DNA from: Mobula hypostoma
Lineage: Eukaryota
Direction of reading: 5' to 3'
Assembly: GCF_963921235.1 (NCBI RefSeq)
Contig: NC_086108.1
Location: 14,818,001 to 14,882,000 of the forward strand
DNA length: 64,000 nt
This document shows positions 38,390 through 50,600 of the stretch, in pieces. The notes under the pieces are model-generated. The model worked only from the letters and a program-made list of their open reading frames with translations, was not told the origin of the DNA and made no database searches. Position 1 is the first letter of the stretch; each line of letters begins with the position of its first letter. The translations under genes were made by a program, and so were the position numbers.

Positions 38390-39592
38390 TGTCCAAATCA
38401 GATTCCATCTCATTGGCTTCTCATTCAACCCTGGAACATCACAACATCAGGAGGTTCTTTATTGACTACAACTTGTCACTCAATATTATGATGCCCTCAA
38501 AACTAATCAATGAGCTTCAAGACCCTGGCTTCAATACCTCCTTGTGCAATTGGATCTTCGATTTCCTCACCTGCAGACCCCGGTCATTTTGGATTGGCAA
38601 CAAATTCTCCTCCATGTTCTCCATCAGCAACGATACGCCACAAGGCTGTGGCTCAGCACAGCTCCAAAGCCTTTTTCAAATTTGCTGACGACACCACTGT
38701 CATTGGCCAGATCAAAGATGGTGACAAATCAGCATATAGGAAGGAGATTGAAAACCTGTCTGTGGTACCACAACAATAACCTCTTGCTCAATGTCAGCAA
38801 GATCAAGGAACTGATTATTGACTTCAGGAGGAGGAAACCAGTTGTCCATGAGTCCTCATCGGAGGATCAGAGATGGAGAGGGTCAGCAACTTAAAATTCC
38901 TCAGTGTTATCAGTTTGGAGGACCTGTCCTAGGCCCAGCACATAAGCGCAATTACAAAGAAAGCACTTCTACTTCCTTAGACGTTTGTGAAGATTTAGCA
39001 TGGCATTGAAAAATTTCTCTAGATGCATGGTGGAGAGTATATTGACTGGCTGCATCATGGCCTGATATGGAAACAACTCTTGAATTGAAAATCATATAAA
39101 AAGTAGTGGATACAGCCCAGTCCATCACAGGTAAAGCCCTCCCCAACATTGAGCACACCTACAGGAAGCATTGTCACAGGAAATCAGTATCCATCATCAG
39201 GAACTCTACCACCTGGGTCATGCTCTCTTCTTGCTGCTATCAACAGGAGCCTCAGAACTCACACCACCAGGTTCAGGAGGAGTTATTGCCCCTCAACCAC
39301 CAGGCTTTTCTGAACCAAAGGAAATAACTTCACCTGCCCCATCACTGAAATGTTCCCACAACTTATGGACTCACTTTCAAGGACTCTTCATCTCATGTTC
39401 TCAATATTTATTGCTTATTTATTTATTTTTTGTATATACACATTTTTTTGTTTTCTGCACACTTGTTGAGTGTCCAAGTGGTCTTCCATTTATTCTATTA
39501 TGGATTTACTGAGTATGCCCACGTGAAAATGAATCTTAGGATTGTATATGGTGACATATATGTACTTTGATAATAAATTTACTTTGAACTTT
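38390..39592 (+). mobile_element. Rex1-like LINE (RT to 3' end), decayed
   Basis: SLCNWIFDFLT, PQGC, FKFADDTTVIG, LNVSKIKELIIDFRR; tail GATAATAAATTTACTTTGAACTTT. Confidence 0.87.
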
Positions 39593-39869
39593 CATGTCCT
39601 CTTTCATCTCCAGAAATGTGTGCCCCAAATACATCTCTGCCCTGAATGAAGACATAAAGATTTTGTCTAACCTCCTTGGTTTTGAACACTACCCCTATAG
39701 AGCCCAGGATCATTCAATGTCCAAACTACTTGCCCTACACCTAAATTCTATGCAGCTATCGCATATCTGTTCTTGCTCATCTTCAAAATAATTTCTTGCA
39801 GCTTGTTTAATTTTACACCTAAAACCAAGCCAAAAATTTAATTTAGAAGCAGAAAAAGTGGAGGGATGG

Positions 39870-41460
39870 GCCATTATCCTCTTTGAGCCAGTGCTACTAC
39901 TCAATATGATCATATCTAACCCTCTGACCACATTCCCACTCTCTCCATACCTTGATGCTGTGCATCCAGCTATTTACCTCCTTAAATATATTCAGTAATG
40001 TGGCCTCATGGGAGAGAATTCACCATCTTCATAGCAAAGGAATTTCTCCTCACCTTGGTCTTCACTGTTTTACCTGATATCCCAGAGATGATTCCTGGTT
40101 CTCAATCGCCAGCAAGGAAGCAATTCCCCGCATCCAGCCTACCTGGTACTGTCTGCATTTCAGGGGATGAAAGTGGACATGGTGACCAAAGTTCCCCTCT
40201 GACTCTTCTAAACTTTAACATCTTAACAGAAGGCATGCACTTAAGGTGAGAGGGGGAAAGTTTAAAGGAGGTGGTGGGACAAGTACTTTTTACATTGAAT
40301 GGAGGGTGCCTGGAATGGGTTGCCACAGATACTGGTGGGAGCAGATCGTGGTTTTTAAGAGACTTTCAGCCTCTTTCCTTCCTGATCTCCCCCTTCCCTT
40401 TCTTCCATGGTCTTCTACCCTCTCCTATCAGATTCCCCTTCTCCAGCCCTTTGTCTCTTTCACCAATCAACCTCCCAGCTCTTCACTTCACCCCTCCCCC
40501 ACCTCCTGGTTTCATCTATCACCGACCACCTTGTACTTCTTCCTCCCCTCCCCTTCCCCCACTTTCTTGTTCTAACTTCTCATCTTTTTTTCCAGTCCTG
40601 ATTAGGGGCCTCGGCCTGAAGCTCGACTCTTTACGATGCTGCCTGGCCCACTGAGTTCCTCCAGTGTTTTGTGTGTGTTGTTTGGAATAATGTGTTCAGT
40701 TTTGATCACTGTGCTACAGGGAAGATGCTGCAAAGTGTGCTGAGCAGATTTACAAGGATGTTGCTGGGACTCAAGGAACTGAGCTATGGAGAGTCAGGAT
40801 TTTATTCATTGAGCACAGGAGAATGAGGGGTGATCTTAAACAGGAGTATAAAATCATGACGGGCAGAGATAGGGTCAATGTGTATAGCCTTTTCCCTCAG
40901 GGTTGGTGAATCAAGAACTAGAGGGTATAGGCATAACATGAGAATGGAGAGGTTTAACAGGAACCTGAGGGACAACTTTTTCACGCAGAGAGTTGTCAAT
41001 GGAACAGCAAATCATAAACATAAGGGATTTTGCAGATGCATGAGCAACACACATAAAATGCTGGGAATACTTTGTAAGTCAGGCAGCATCGATGTTTTTG
41101 TGCCAAGATCCTTAATCAGGTTTGATGAAGAGTCTCAGTCCAAAACATCGGCTGTTTATTGCAGTCCATGGCTGCTACCTGACTTGCTGAGTTCCTCCAG
41201 CATTTTGTGTGTGTTGCTCAATATATAGAATGCAGTGCCTGGAAGTGGTTGAGGCAGGTATAGTAAAAGGTACGTGCACGGGTAGATTAATAGAAAAATG
41301 CAGAGGGATATGGACCAGTTGACTGAAGGGTTTATTTTCATGCTGAGTCACTCTATGGCTCTATGAGCAGGCTGAAAAGATTTAGATGAATTTGGAATTG
41401 TTTTCAGTACAGACATGAAGGGCCGAAAGGCCTGTTCCTGTGCTGATTTATGTTCTAGTA
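39870..41460. mobile_element. Mosaic of CR1 3' fragments and Penelope terminal-repeat remnants (40360-40690; inverted pair 41010-41220)
   Basis: CR1 GESRTRGY..FFTQRVVN; GATGCTGCC..CTGAGTTCCTCCAGCATTTTGTGTGTGTTG repeats with decayed hammerhead cores. Confidence 0.75.
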
Positions 41461-43220
41461 CAGCTGACACAATTTCTCCTCAAACCAAGATATGGTCTGA
41501 TAAACCTTCTCCCTCCATTACAACCTTTGGACAAAAGGTCAGCTGTTTCTAGACAAGAGACGGACTTTTAGACTAGAGTGAGGGAGTAGAATGCTATCTC
41601 TGTTTACTTGAATGAACAAGTTAAACTCATCTGAAGGGTTGTATCATATCATCTCCAGACCATGATGTGGTCTGTTACTTACCCATCTTCATATCCTTTT
41701 GACAAATGTCCCTTACACCGCAAACGAGTTGTTAGCTGCAGTCTATCCAGTTTGGGACCTGTGGGAATGTTTAGAATTACCAGTCTCTCACACCACAGAA
41801 AGCAAGAGTGTGCTGTTTGTGGAATGCCGCTGGCAGGGAATCCGAAGCCAAAGGTCATAAATCTGGTCGATCCACTGAGAGATCAGGAGAATCCCTTCAC
41901 CCAGAGAGAGGAGAGAATGTGCAATTCACTACTGAGTAAATGAGGAGACCAGAGCAGACATTTAAAATATCACCAGAGTGAGACGAAGAAGATAGTGTGT
42001 CATAGTCAGAATCAGGTTTAATATCACCGGCATGTGTTGTGAAATTTGTGAACTTTGCAGCAGCAGTTCAATGCAATGCATGTTAACAGAGAGAAAAAGA
42101 AAACTGTGAATTACAGTAAGTGTGAATGTCTATTAAATAGTTAAATTAGTAGTCAAAGAAAATAGGAAATTAAAAAAATGTAGTGAGGTCGTGCTCATGG
42201 ATTCAATACCCATTCAGAAATCAGATGGCAGAGGGGAAGAAGCTGTTCCTGAATCATTGAGTGTGTGTCTTCAGGCTTCTGTACTCCTACCCGATGGTAG
42301 CAGTGAGAAGAGGGCATGACCTGGATGATAGGAGTCCTTAATGATGGAAAATGTTTCTGTGAGGCACCGCTCCTTGAAGATGACCTGGTTACTATAGAGG
42401 CCACGATGGAGCTGGCTGGTTTTATAACTCTCTGTAGATTACTTCAGTCTTGAGCAGTAGCCCCCCATCCCCCATACCAGATGTGATGCAACCAGTTAGA
42501 ATTCTCTCCATGGTACATCTGCAGAAATTTACGAGTGTTCTTGATGACATACCAAATCTCAAACTCCTAATGAAACATAAATGCTTTCTTGCCTTCTTTA
42601 TAGTTGTATCGATATGTTGGGTCCAGGTTAGGTCCTCAGAGATATTGACACCCAGGGAACTGAAATTGCTCACTCTCTCTACTTCTAATCCTCCTATTAG
42701 GGCTGGTTGTGTTCCCTTGCCTTACCCTTTCTGAAGTCCACAATCAGTTCTTTGGTCTTACTGACGTTGAGTACAAGGTTGTTGCAGTGACACCACTCAA
42801 CCAGCTGGTATAGATGGCATTTGAGCTGTGCCTTGCCACACAGTCATGGGCGTAGAGAGAGTAGAGCAGTGAGCTAAACACACACCCCTGAGGTGCGCCA
42901 GTGTTGACTGTCAGCGAGATTGAGATGTTATTTCCAATCTGCATCAATTGTGGTCTTCTGGTTAGGAAGTCAAGGATCCAGTTACAGATGGGGGTTCTGT
43001 AGCTTTACAATCAGAATTGTAGGAACGATGGTGTTAAATGCTGAGCTGTAGCCAATAAACAGCATACTGATGTAGGTATTTGTATTGTCCAGGTTATCCA
43101 AGGCTGTGTGGAGAGCCAGCAAGATCGCATACAACTTAGACCTATTGTGGCAATAGGCAAATTGCAGTGGGTCCAGGTTGTTGCTGAGACAGGAGTTGAA
43201 TCTAACTATAATGAACCTCT

Positions 43221-43353
43221 TTTTCATTCATAGCTTGACACACCAGACAGTCAGCCATTCTTGTCTGACGTGTAATGTCAGAATTGGTCTCCTTTCGGAT
43301 TAACCGGGTCACCGTATGAACGTTCTTGATTCGACCCCTGTTTTTTTACGAGC
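43221..43353 (-). mobile_element. 133-bp retroposed insertion of unknown family
   Basis: 13-bp TSD ATAATGAACCTCT (43208-43220, 43354-43366); minus strand ends ATGAATGAAAA. Confidence 0.75.
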
Positions 43354-43455
43354 ATAATGAACCTCTGAAAGCACTTGATCGCCGTAGATGTGAGTGCTAT
43401 TGGACGACGGTTGTTAAGGCAGCTCACCCGGCTCTTCTTGGGCACTGGTATAATT

Positions 43456-44008
43456 ATTGGGGTATATGGGGTGTCAGGGAGGGGTAGCACCTCTGGTGGG
43501 GGAACGTATCGCATCCTTCTCAGGGCAGTTTGTCCCCTTTGGTCCCCACCTGGCACTCAGCTCTCACCTGTGGCTCCCCGTAGCTGTTTGCATACGACAG
43601 CAGCCACACCCTGGGCAACGGCTTCAATAAGTCGGCTAAACCAGGAGAGGATAGCCGACGGGTCTCAAATCCTCGGTGAGATAGGGAGTTGTCTATCCCA
43701 GCATGTGAAGACAGACTCCGGCGGATTGAGCGGACGAGACCAATGGAAGGTCCAATGGTCAAGAATGCGGTCACTGCAAGCGTCGTGGAACATGTAGAGC
43801 AGGACAAGACACAGAAGATGTCCTGGTCATCCACTGCACCTAGTCCTATCTCCAGCCGTCTCGACTCTGTCTTGCCACTGGATCCAGATGAGAATTGGGA
43901 AGAGAGAGTGAGTCTGACGCTGCGCAACTCTCCCTCACTTAAATCCAAATCACACGCTAGTCTCGACACCATCATAATGGTGTCGAGGTCCTCATCGATG
44001 GACGAACA
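43456..44008 (+). mobile_element. Non-autonomous RTE-type short element
   Basis: 10-bp TSD TGGTATAATT (43446-43455, 44009-44018); RTE 5'-UTR-like GACTCCGGCGGATTGAGCGG; perfect 11-bp 3' hairpin. Confidence 0.8.
43468..43649 (+). ncRNA. Putative HDV-like self-cleaving ribozyme
   Basis: Hand-folded P1 GGGGUGU/ACACCCU, P2 CUCACCUG/CAGGAGAG, P3 GGC/GCC, P1.1 CC/GG, P4 CGGCUU/AAGUCG, J4/2 GCUAAAC. Confidence 0.7.
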
Positions 44009-44318
44009 TGGTATAATTGTTGCCCTTGTGAAGCAGATGGAAACTTCTGACTGGAGCAATGAAAAATTGAAAGTGCCTTTGAATACCCCAGCCAATTGAT
44101 TGGCACGGGTTTTCAGAGCATTACCAGGCACTGGGACCTGTCACCTTGCGAGGGTTCACTCTCCTGAAAGACAGCCTGATGTACAGTTTTTACAGCAGGA
44201 AAACAGGTCCTTTGACCCAACTGCTCCATGCTGACCAAGATTCCCCGTGCAACCTAGACCCATTTAACAAGTATGGCCCATAAAACCTTTCCAATCCATG
44301 TATCTGTCCAAATGTCGT

Positions 44319-45065
44319 ACCATAGAAACCATAGAAACTACAGCACAGAAACAGGCCTTTTGGCCCTTCTTGGCTGTGCCGAACCATTTTCTGCCTAGTC
44401 CCACTGACCTGCACACAGACCATATCCCCCCATACACCTCCCATCCATGTATCTGTCCAATTTATTCTTAAATGTTAAAAAAGAACCCTCATTTACCACC
44501 TCGTCTGGCAGCTCATTCCATACTCCCACCACTCTCTGTGTGAAGAAGCCCCCTCTAATGTTCCCTTTAAACTTTTCCCCCCTCACCCTTAACCCATGTC
44601 CTCTGGTTTTTTTCTCCCCTTGCCTCAGTGGAAAAAACCTGCTTGCATTCACTCTATCTATACCCATCATAATTTTATATACCTCTATCAAATCTCCCCT
44701 CATTCTTCTACGCTCCAGGGAATAAAGTCCCAACCTATTCAACCTTTCTCTGTAACTGAGTTTCTCAAGTCCCGGCAACATCCTTGTAAACCTTCTCTGC
44801 GCTCTTTCAACCTTATTTATATCCTTCCTGTAATTTGGTGACCAAAACTGAACACAAGACTCCAGATTCGGCCTCACCAATGCCTTATACAACCTCATCA
44901 TAACATTCCAGCTCTTATACTCAATACTTTGATTAATAAAGGCCAATGTACCAAAAGCTCTCTTTACGACCCTATCTACCTGTGACGCCACTTTTAGGGA
45001 ATTTTGTATCTGTATTCCCAGATCCCTCTGTTCCACTGCACTCCTCAGTGCCTTACCATTAACCC
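44319..45065 (-). mobile_element. Young 5'-truncated CR1 with uninterrupted RT C-terminal ORF
   Basis: ORF 44395-45036 (213 aa) RDLGIQ..LYKALVRPNLE..FFTQRVVGVWNELP; (TTTCTATGG)n tail. Confidence 0.95.
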
Positions 45066-45687
45066 TGTCTTATTAAAGTTGTTGTTGTACTTGCTTCAAC
45101 CACTTCCTCTGGCAGCTGATTCCACCTTTGCAAAAAAACTTTGCCCCCATCTTCCTCTCAAATCATTCCCCTATCTCCTTAAAGCCATGCCCTTTCGATC
45201 TTGTTTTCCCCACTCCAGGAGGAATGTAATTGGTACAGAATTCACAACCACTGACATTGACTTGGAGTTCACTTTAAGAGACAGGTCAGACATGACGATG
45301 TAATTATATAAAGTATTGTTACTGTGCTTCTGTGTTCAGTGTTTGGAATACGTTGTTACAGTTTTTCTTAAACAAAAAGTCTCATGCAGATTTATTTGCA
45401 AAAACCTACATTCGTGACCCCGATACTCTAGGATGATTCCAGAGTTATTGAACATGTCAGCCAATGCAGTCGCTTTGAAACTGCCAGAGTTTTGGGAGCA
45501 AAATGTCGTCACTTGGTTTGTACAATCTGAGGCCCAGTTCGCGCTGTGAGAAATCACCGTTGATGACACCAAGTTTTCTATGTGGTAGTGTGGCTCAGCA
45601 ACTCCATGGCTATGAGAGCGGTAAGTCTACTAGAACACCTACCTGAACACGATAAATACCAATTGCTGAAAACTCACCTCTTACAGA

Positions 45688-46194
45688 CACTCACAACATG
45701 CTGGAGGAACTCAGCAGGTCAGGCAGCATCCATGGAAACAATGAGTCGACGTTTCGGGCCAGAACCCTTCATCAGGACTGTAGGGGGAAGGGGCAGAGGC
45801 CCTATAAAGAAGGTGGGGGGAGGGTGGGAAGGAGAAGCCTGGTAGGTTCCAGGTGAAGAACCAGTAAGGGGAAAGACAAAGGGGTGGGGAAGGGAGGCTG
45901 GGAGGTGATAGGCAGAAAAGGTGAAGAAAGAATAGGGGAAAACACAATGGGTAGTAGAAGGAGGCGGGACCATGAGGGAGGTGGTAGGCAGCTGGGGGAG
46001 GGGGCAGCCTTCTCCTTCCCACCCTCCCCCCACCTTCTTTATAGGGCCTCTGCCCCTTCCGCCTACAGTCCTGACAAAGGGTTCCGGCCCGAAACGTCGA
46101 CTCATCATTTCCACGGATGCTGCCCGACCTGCTGAGTTCCTCCAGTGTGTTGTGAGTGTTGCTTTGACCCCAGCATCTGCAGATTATTTTGTGT
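45688..46194. mobile_element. Palindromic Penelope terminal-repeat insertion in Gypsy gag
   Basis: 14-bp TSD TCACCTCTTACAGA (45674-45687, 46195-46208); ~155-bp inverted arms. Confidence 0.9.
45744..45779 (-). ncRNA. Minimal type I hammerhead ribozyme motif, core intact
   Basis: AGUC-CUGAUGA-A-GGGU(UCUG)GCCC-GAAA-C-GUC-GACU. Confidence 0.8.
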
Positions 46195-47141
46195 TCACCT
46201 CTTACAGATTTTTGGACTATCGGAGTCTGAGCACACCTGGCCTCAGTGATGGAACAGATGGACCACGTGTAGCATCTCCTGTGAAATCACCATCCTTGTT
46301 TTATTTTTAAAGAATTCTTCATGCAGTAAATGCCTGATCAAGTTCATATAGCCCTCACTAATGCACCTGTGAAGGACTATAGAGAGCTTGTTAAAATGGC
46401 TGACATCTACACTCAGCTAGGCAGTGGAGCATCATTCTGCCTCCTTTCCCTGTCTCAATAAGCCTGGTCAGCAAGGCTCCAACATTAGGACATCAGTGGC
46501 TACAGAACAGATGATGCTGGTCCTGTGTTTTTCCCACACACGCTTTGGAACGAACGCTAGGAAGTGCCAAACAGCTTGCAGCTTCGACAGTGCCAGTGCA
46601 TGGGGACATCAGAGATCTGTGAACACTGTGGGTTCCAGCTGCCAAGGATGTCTACTGTTCATTACAGACACCCTTTCAGGCCAATGCTTGCTGTGTGACA
46701 CGGGTGCTCAAGTGAGAGTGCTGCCAGCATCAACTATTGATGAGAAAGCAGAGAATGATAAAACCTCGCTGGAAGCTGACAATGAAAACAGGATCCAGAC
46801 TTACAGGACACAATGGTGACGCTCTGTTTCAGTGGGCTACATAACACATGGGACTTGGTCCTGGCTAAAGTGGCTCGATCTTTGCCCAGTGCAGATTTTC
46901 TGTGTGCCCAAGGGCTAGTAGTCAATCTTAAGAGCTGCCAGCTTGTGGATATCAAGGACACATTCAGCAGGAAAGGTAATTCTAGTTAGGGGCTACCCAT
47001 CAGGTCCCTGTGTGCTCTGAGGACATTCCCAAAACAGCTGTGATAAACCCGTTTGGCCTCTTTGACTTTCTACACATGCTATTTGGGCTGAAAAATGCAG
47101 CACAGATTTTCCAATGGCTGATGGACTCTGTATTAAAAGAC

Positions 47142-47660
47142 AAACAAGAGAGTACTGGAGTGAAAAGCTGAGGACTAGATATGAAAGGTGGGGGAAAGGG
47201 AGTAGGCGATAGGTGAAACTTGGAGGGGGAGGGATGAAGTTAAGAGCTGGGAAGTTGATTGGTGAGAGACAGAAGGCCATGGAAGAAAGAAGAAATTTCT
47301 AGTAATATCTCCACACCATACCCCCCCACACCATTTCCCATCATCCCTGTCTCATGTTATCTCCTTGCCCACCCATCACCTCCCTCTGGTGCTCCTCCCC
47401 CACCCCCTTTCTCCTTTCTTCCATGGTGTTCTGTCTCTTTCACCAATCTACTTCCCAGTCTCTGCTGCATCCCTCCCCCACCCCCCCAAATTTCACCTAT
47501 CGCCTGGCGTTTCTCTCTCCCCTCCCCCAACCTTTCAAATCTACTCCTCAGCATTTTTTCTCCAGTCCTGCCGAGGGGTTTTGGCCCGAAACGTTGACTG
47601 TACTTTTTCCCATAGGTGCTGCCTGGCCTGCTGAGTTCCTCTAGCATTTTGTGTGTGTTG
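47142..47660 (+). mobile_element. Penelope terminal-repeat insertion (partly inverted) in Gypsy RT
   Basis: 16-bp TSD CTCTGTATTAAAAGAC (47126-47141, 47661-47676); degenerate hammerhead at ~47563-47600. Confidence 0.88.
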
Positions 47661-50600
47661 CTCTGTATTAAAAGACTTAGATTTTCTTTTCGTTTTTCTG
47701 GATGACATGCTTCTCGACAGTGCATCCAAATCCGAACACGTAACTCACCTTTGCACATTTTTAAAGCATTTAAGCCAACACAGTTTGATTATTAACCCTG
47801 CTAAATGCCAGTTTGGATTCTCAACCATCGAGTTTCTCAGCCATGGCATCTCTGCCGAAGGTGCGAAACCTCTCCAAGCAAAACTAGCCGCTATTATGGA
47901 TTTCCCACTACCCCGCAATACTTAAAAATTACAGTTTTTAGGCATGGTGAATCTCTATCACCATTTCATTCTGTGAACTGCTGAACTTATGCTCCCCCTG
48001 TATAGTGCGTTGAAAGGTAATACCCCTAATCACATGCTTGACTGGTCAGCGGACATGACCAGGCATTTGATAATACCAAATGAGCTCTGTCTAACGCTCC
48101 CCAGTGCACCTATAGCCATTACCTCTGACATTTCAGTCTATTCTGTGGGTGCTGAGCACAGACAGTTGGTCGGAGTCGTGTGACAGCCACTCACCTTCTT
48201 CAGTTGGCAGAGCTCCATCACCCCCCAAGGAAGTACAGCACGTTTGACCGTGAGCTTCTGTCTGACTGTCCGCCATTTTCGTTTTCTTCGAGAGGGTCAC
48301 CATTTCACAGCGTTCATTGACCACAAACCCCTCGTGCATACAATAGCCAAAATAGCAGACCCTTGGTCACCTGACCTATATATGCAAGTTCACAACAGAT
48401 ATACACCATATCAAGGGGGAAAAGAATGCCTCCCAAGGCCAGCTGTTGAGGCCCTACGCAAGGGGTTGATTACGCTGGCATGGCAGCTGGCAGAGGTCCA
48501 GGCTCATCGCACAGCAGTCACAGGCCTGCGGATGTTCAGGGTAGCTGGGGTTTCTCTCCTGTGCGATGACTCATCTGGTTGCCCTCACCCCATGGTGCCG
48601 ACAGACTGAGGCAAACTGTTCTTGGCTCCTTTCACATCCGGGCCAGAGGGCCTCACCAAAACCGGTTGCACTGAAGCTTGTGTGACATAGCCTTCGAAGG
48701 GACGTGTGTGATTGGACTGCTGTCTGCGTGGAGTGCCAGCAGGCAAAAAATTAACTGTCATGTTCAGACACTATTGGCACATTTTGAGGTCCCTGAGCGA
48801 CAGTTTGACAATGTCAATGTGGACCTTGTTGGTCCCCTCCCCCACCCCCCCACTGTGGTTTCATGCACCTCCTTACCAAGGTGGACCATACCACCACGTG
48901 GCCAGAGGTCGTCCCTCTAGCATCGACAACAGCTCGGGCATTCATCAGCACCTGCATTGCTCTGTTTGGCACTCCATCTGATATTTCCTCTGACTACCGT
49001 CCCCAATTCATAGCAGACCTCCGGGCTGCGATGGCCCAGAACCTCAGGGTAGGCTACATCATACCACGGTGTATCACCCACAGTCCCATGGCCTATGCGA
49101 GTGGTATCACTACACCTTAAGGGCTGCTCTGAGGGCTTCCCTGACGGATTAGTGTTGGCATGATTGTCTCCCGTGGGTCCTGCTGAGGCTCAGACCTGCT
49201 CTAAAAGAGGACCTGCAATCGTCCGCAGCTGAGTTGTTATACTGGCAGCCATTACGAATTCCAGATGATTTCATTCCGGCCACCACGACCGCCTGGTCGG
49301 CTTCTCTATAGCATCCCACCTTCCTCAGTAAATTCAATTACTTTTCATCTATTCCTACCTCCCATCATGGAGTGCAGCTCTCCTGGGTTTCTGTTTACCT
49401 ACATTCCGCCTCGTCTGTTTTCGTCCGCCATGAAACCCCTGAGGCCTCCTTACACTGGCCCATTCCACATTTTGGAATGGGGAGAAAAGACTTTTATCAT
49501 AGATAAGGGGGTAAACCTAAACGAGATTTGGAGGATCCCGCTACCATGTTGACCAGGATACTGATGTATGACATACTGTCACGACATGACAATGAATGTG
49601 TCAACGCATCTCTGGATGTGCCAGAAGCACTTGCTGTTCGTCCTTCCGGGTGGTGGTGAGGGAGGGGGTGCTCATCCGAGCTCCAGGCTCACAATGCTGG
49701 CTTTAGTGAATTTTGGGGTGCCTGGATAGGGCAATGCTGGAAATGTACATAATTCACAACCATCAACATAGAGTTGGAGTTCACACTGAGACATAGGTCT
49801 AACATGATGATATATAGTATTGTTACCGAGCCTTTTGTGTTCAGTTTTGGAGTAAACAATAAATTAGTTGTTACAGTTGTTCTTAAACATAAAGCTCCTC
49901 AGACAGTTATATTTGCGAAAACCTACACTTACCCTATCTACATCCTTCATGAATTTATACACCTTTTTCAGATCCCCTCGCAATCTCTCACGCTCTGAGG
50001 AAAAAGGTTGTAGCCTGTCCAACCTCTGACTATAACTCAGTTGAACTGGCCCTGACACCTTCCTTGTAAATCATTTCTGGACTCTATCCAGTTTAATAAA
50101 TTCTTTGGTTATAGGTCAACCGAAAATCATCAGTGTCCTGGTCAGCTGCAGCAGGACCTCTCAACTTTTACATTCAGCACCCTGACGTATGAAGGCCAGC
50201 ATGCCAAAAGTCCTTGTCTACCAGAGACTTAATTTTCAATGAACCATGTGCTTTTACTCCAAGTTCCCTCTGTCCCACAGCACTCCCCAGGACTCTGCTA
50301 TTCACTGTGAAAGTACTACTTGGATTTGACTTTCCAAAATACAACACCTCAAACATCTCCACTAACTACTTATCAGCCCAGTTACTCAGCTGATCAAGAT
50401 CCCACAGTAATTCTTGATAAGCATCTTCATTGTCTGCTATACCACCCTGTGTTTGTGTATTCTGCAAACTTACTAACCATACTTTGCATCCAAATGGTTG
50501 ATATAAATGAGAAACAAAATTGTGACCAGCACCGACTCTCGGGGCTCATCACTGGTCACGGGCCCCCAATCTGAGAAGTAATCTTCCACTGTCACCCTTT

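Larger units (their letters stand above)
42005..44180 (-). mobile_element. Rex1-like LINE (RT to 3' end) carrying two TSD-flanked insertions
   Basis: [50 protein letters not shown]; (CTGATT)n tail at 42005-42016. Confidence 0.9.
45220..49927 (+). mobile_element. Ty3/Gypsy LTR retrotransposon relic, CsRn1/Kabuki-like
   Basis: LTRs ~45220-45410 and ~49723-49927, both ending AAAACCTACA; tRNA-Trp-like PBS 45412-45424; gag LKLPEFW; C-x2-H-x9-C-x3-C box; protease DTGA; RT FLDD; RNase H DHKPL; integrase VNVDLVGP and PPYTGPF. Confidence 0.9.

Noticed and set aside
43375..44131. Overlapping 136-203 aa ORFs across the RTE-type insertion
   Set aside because: They cross TSD junctions and have no domain motifs; likely due to GC richness.
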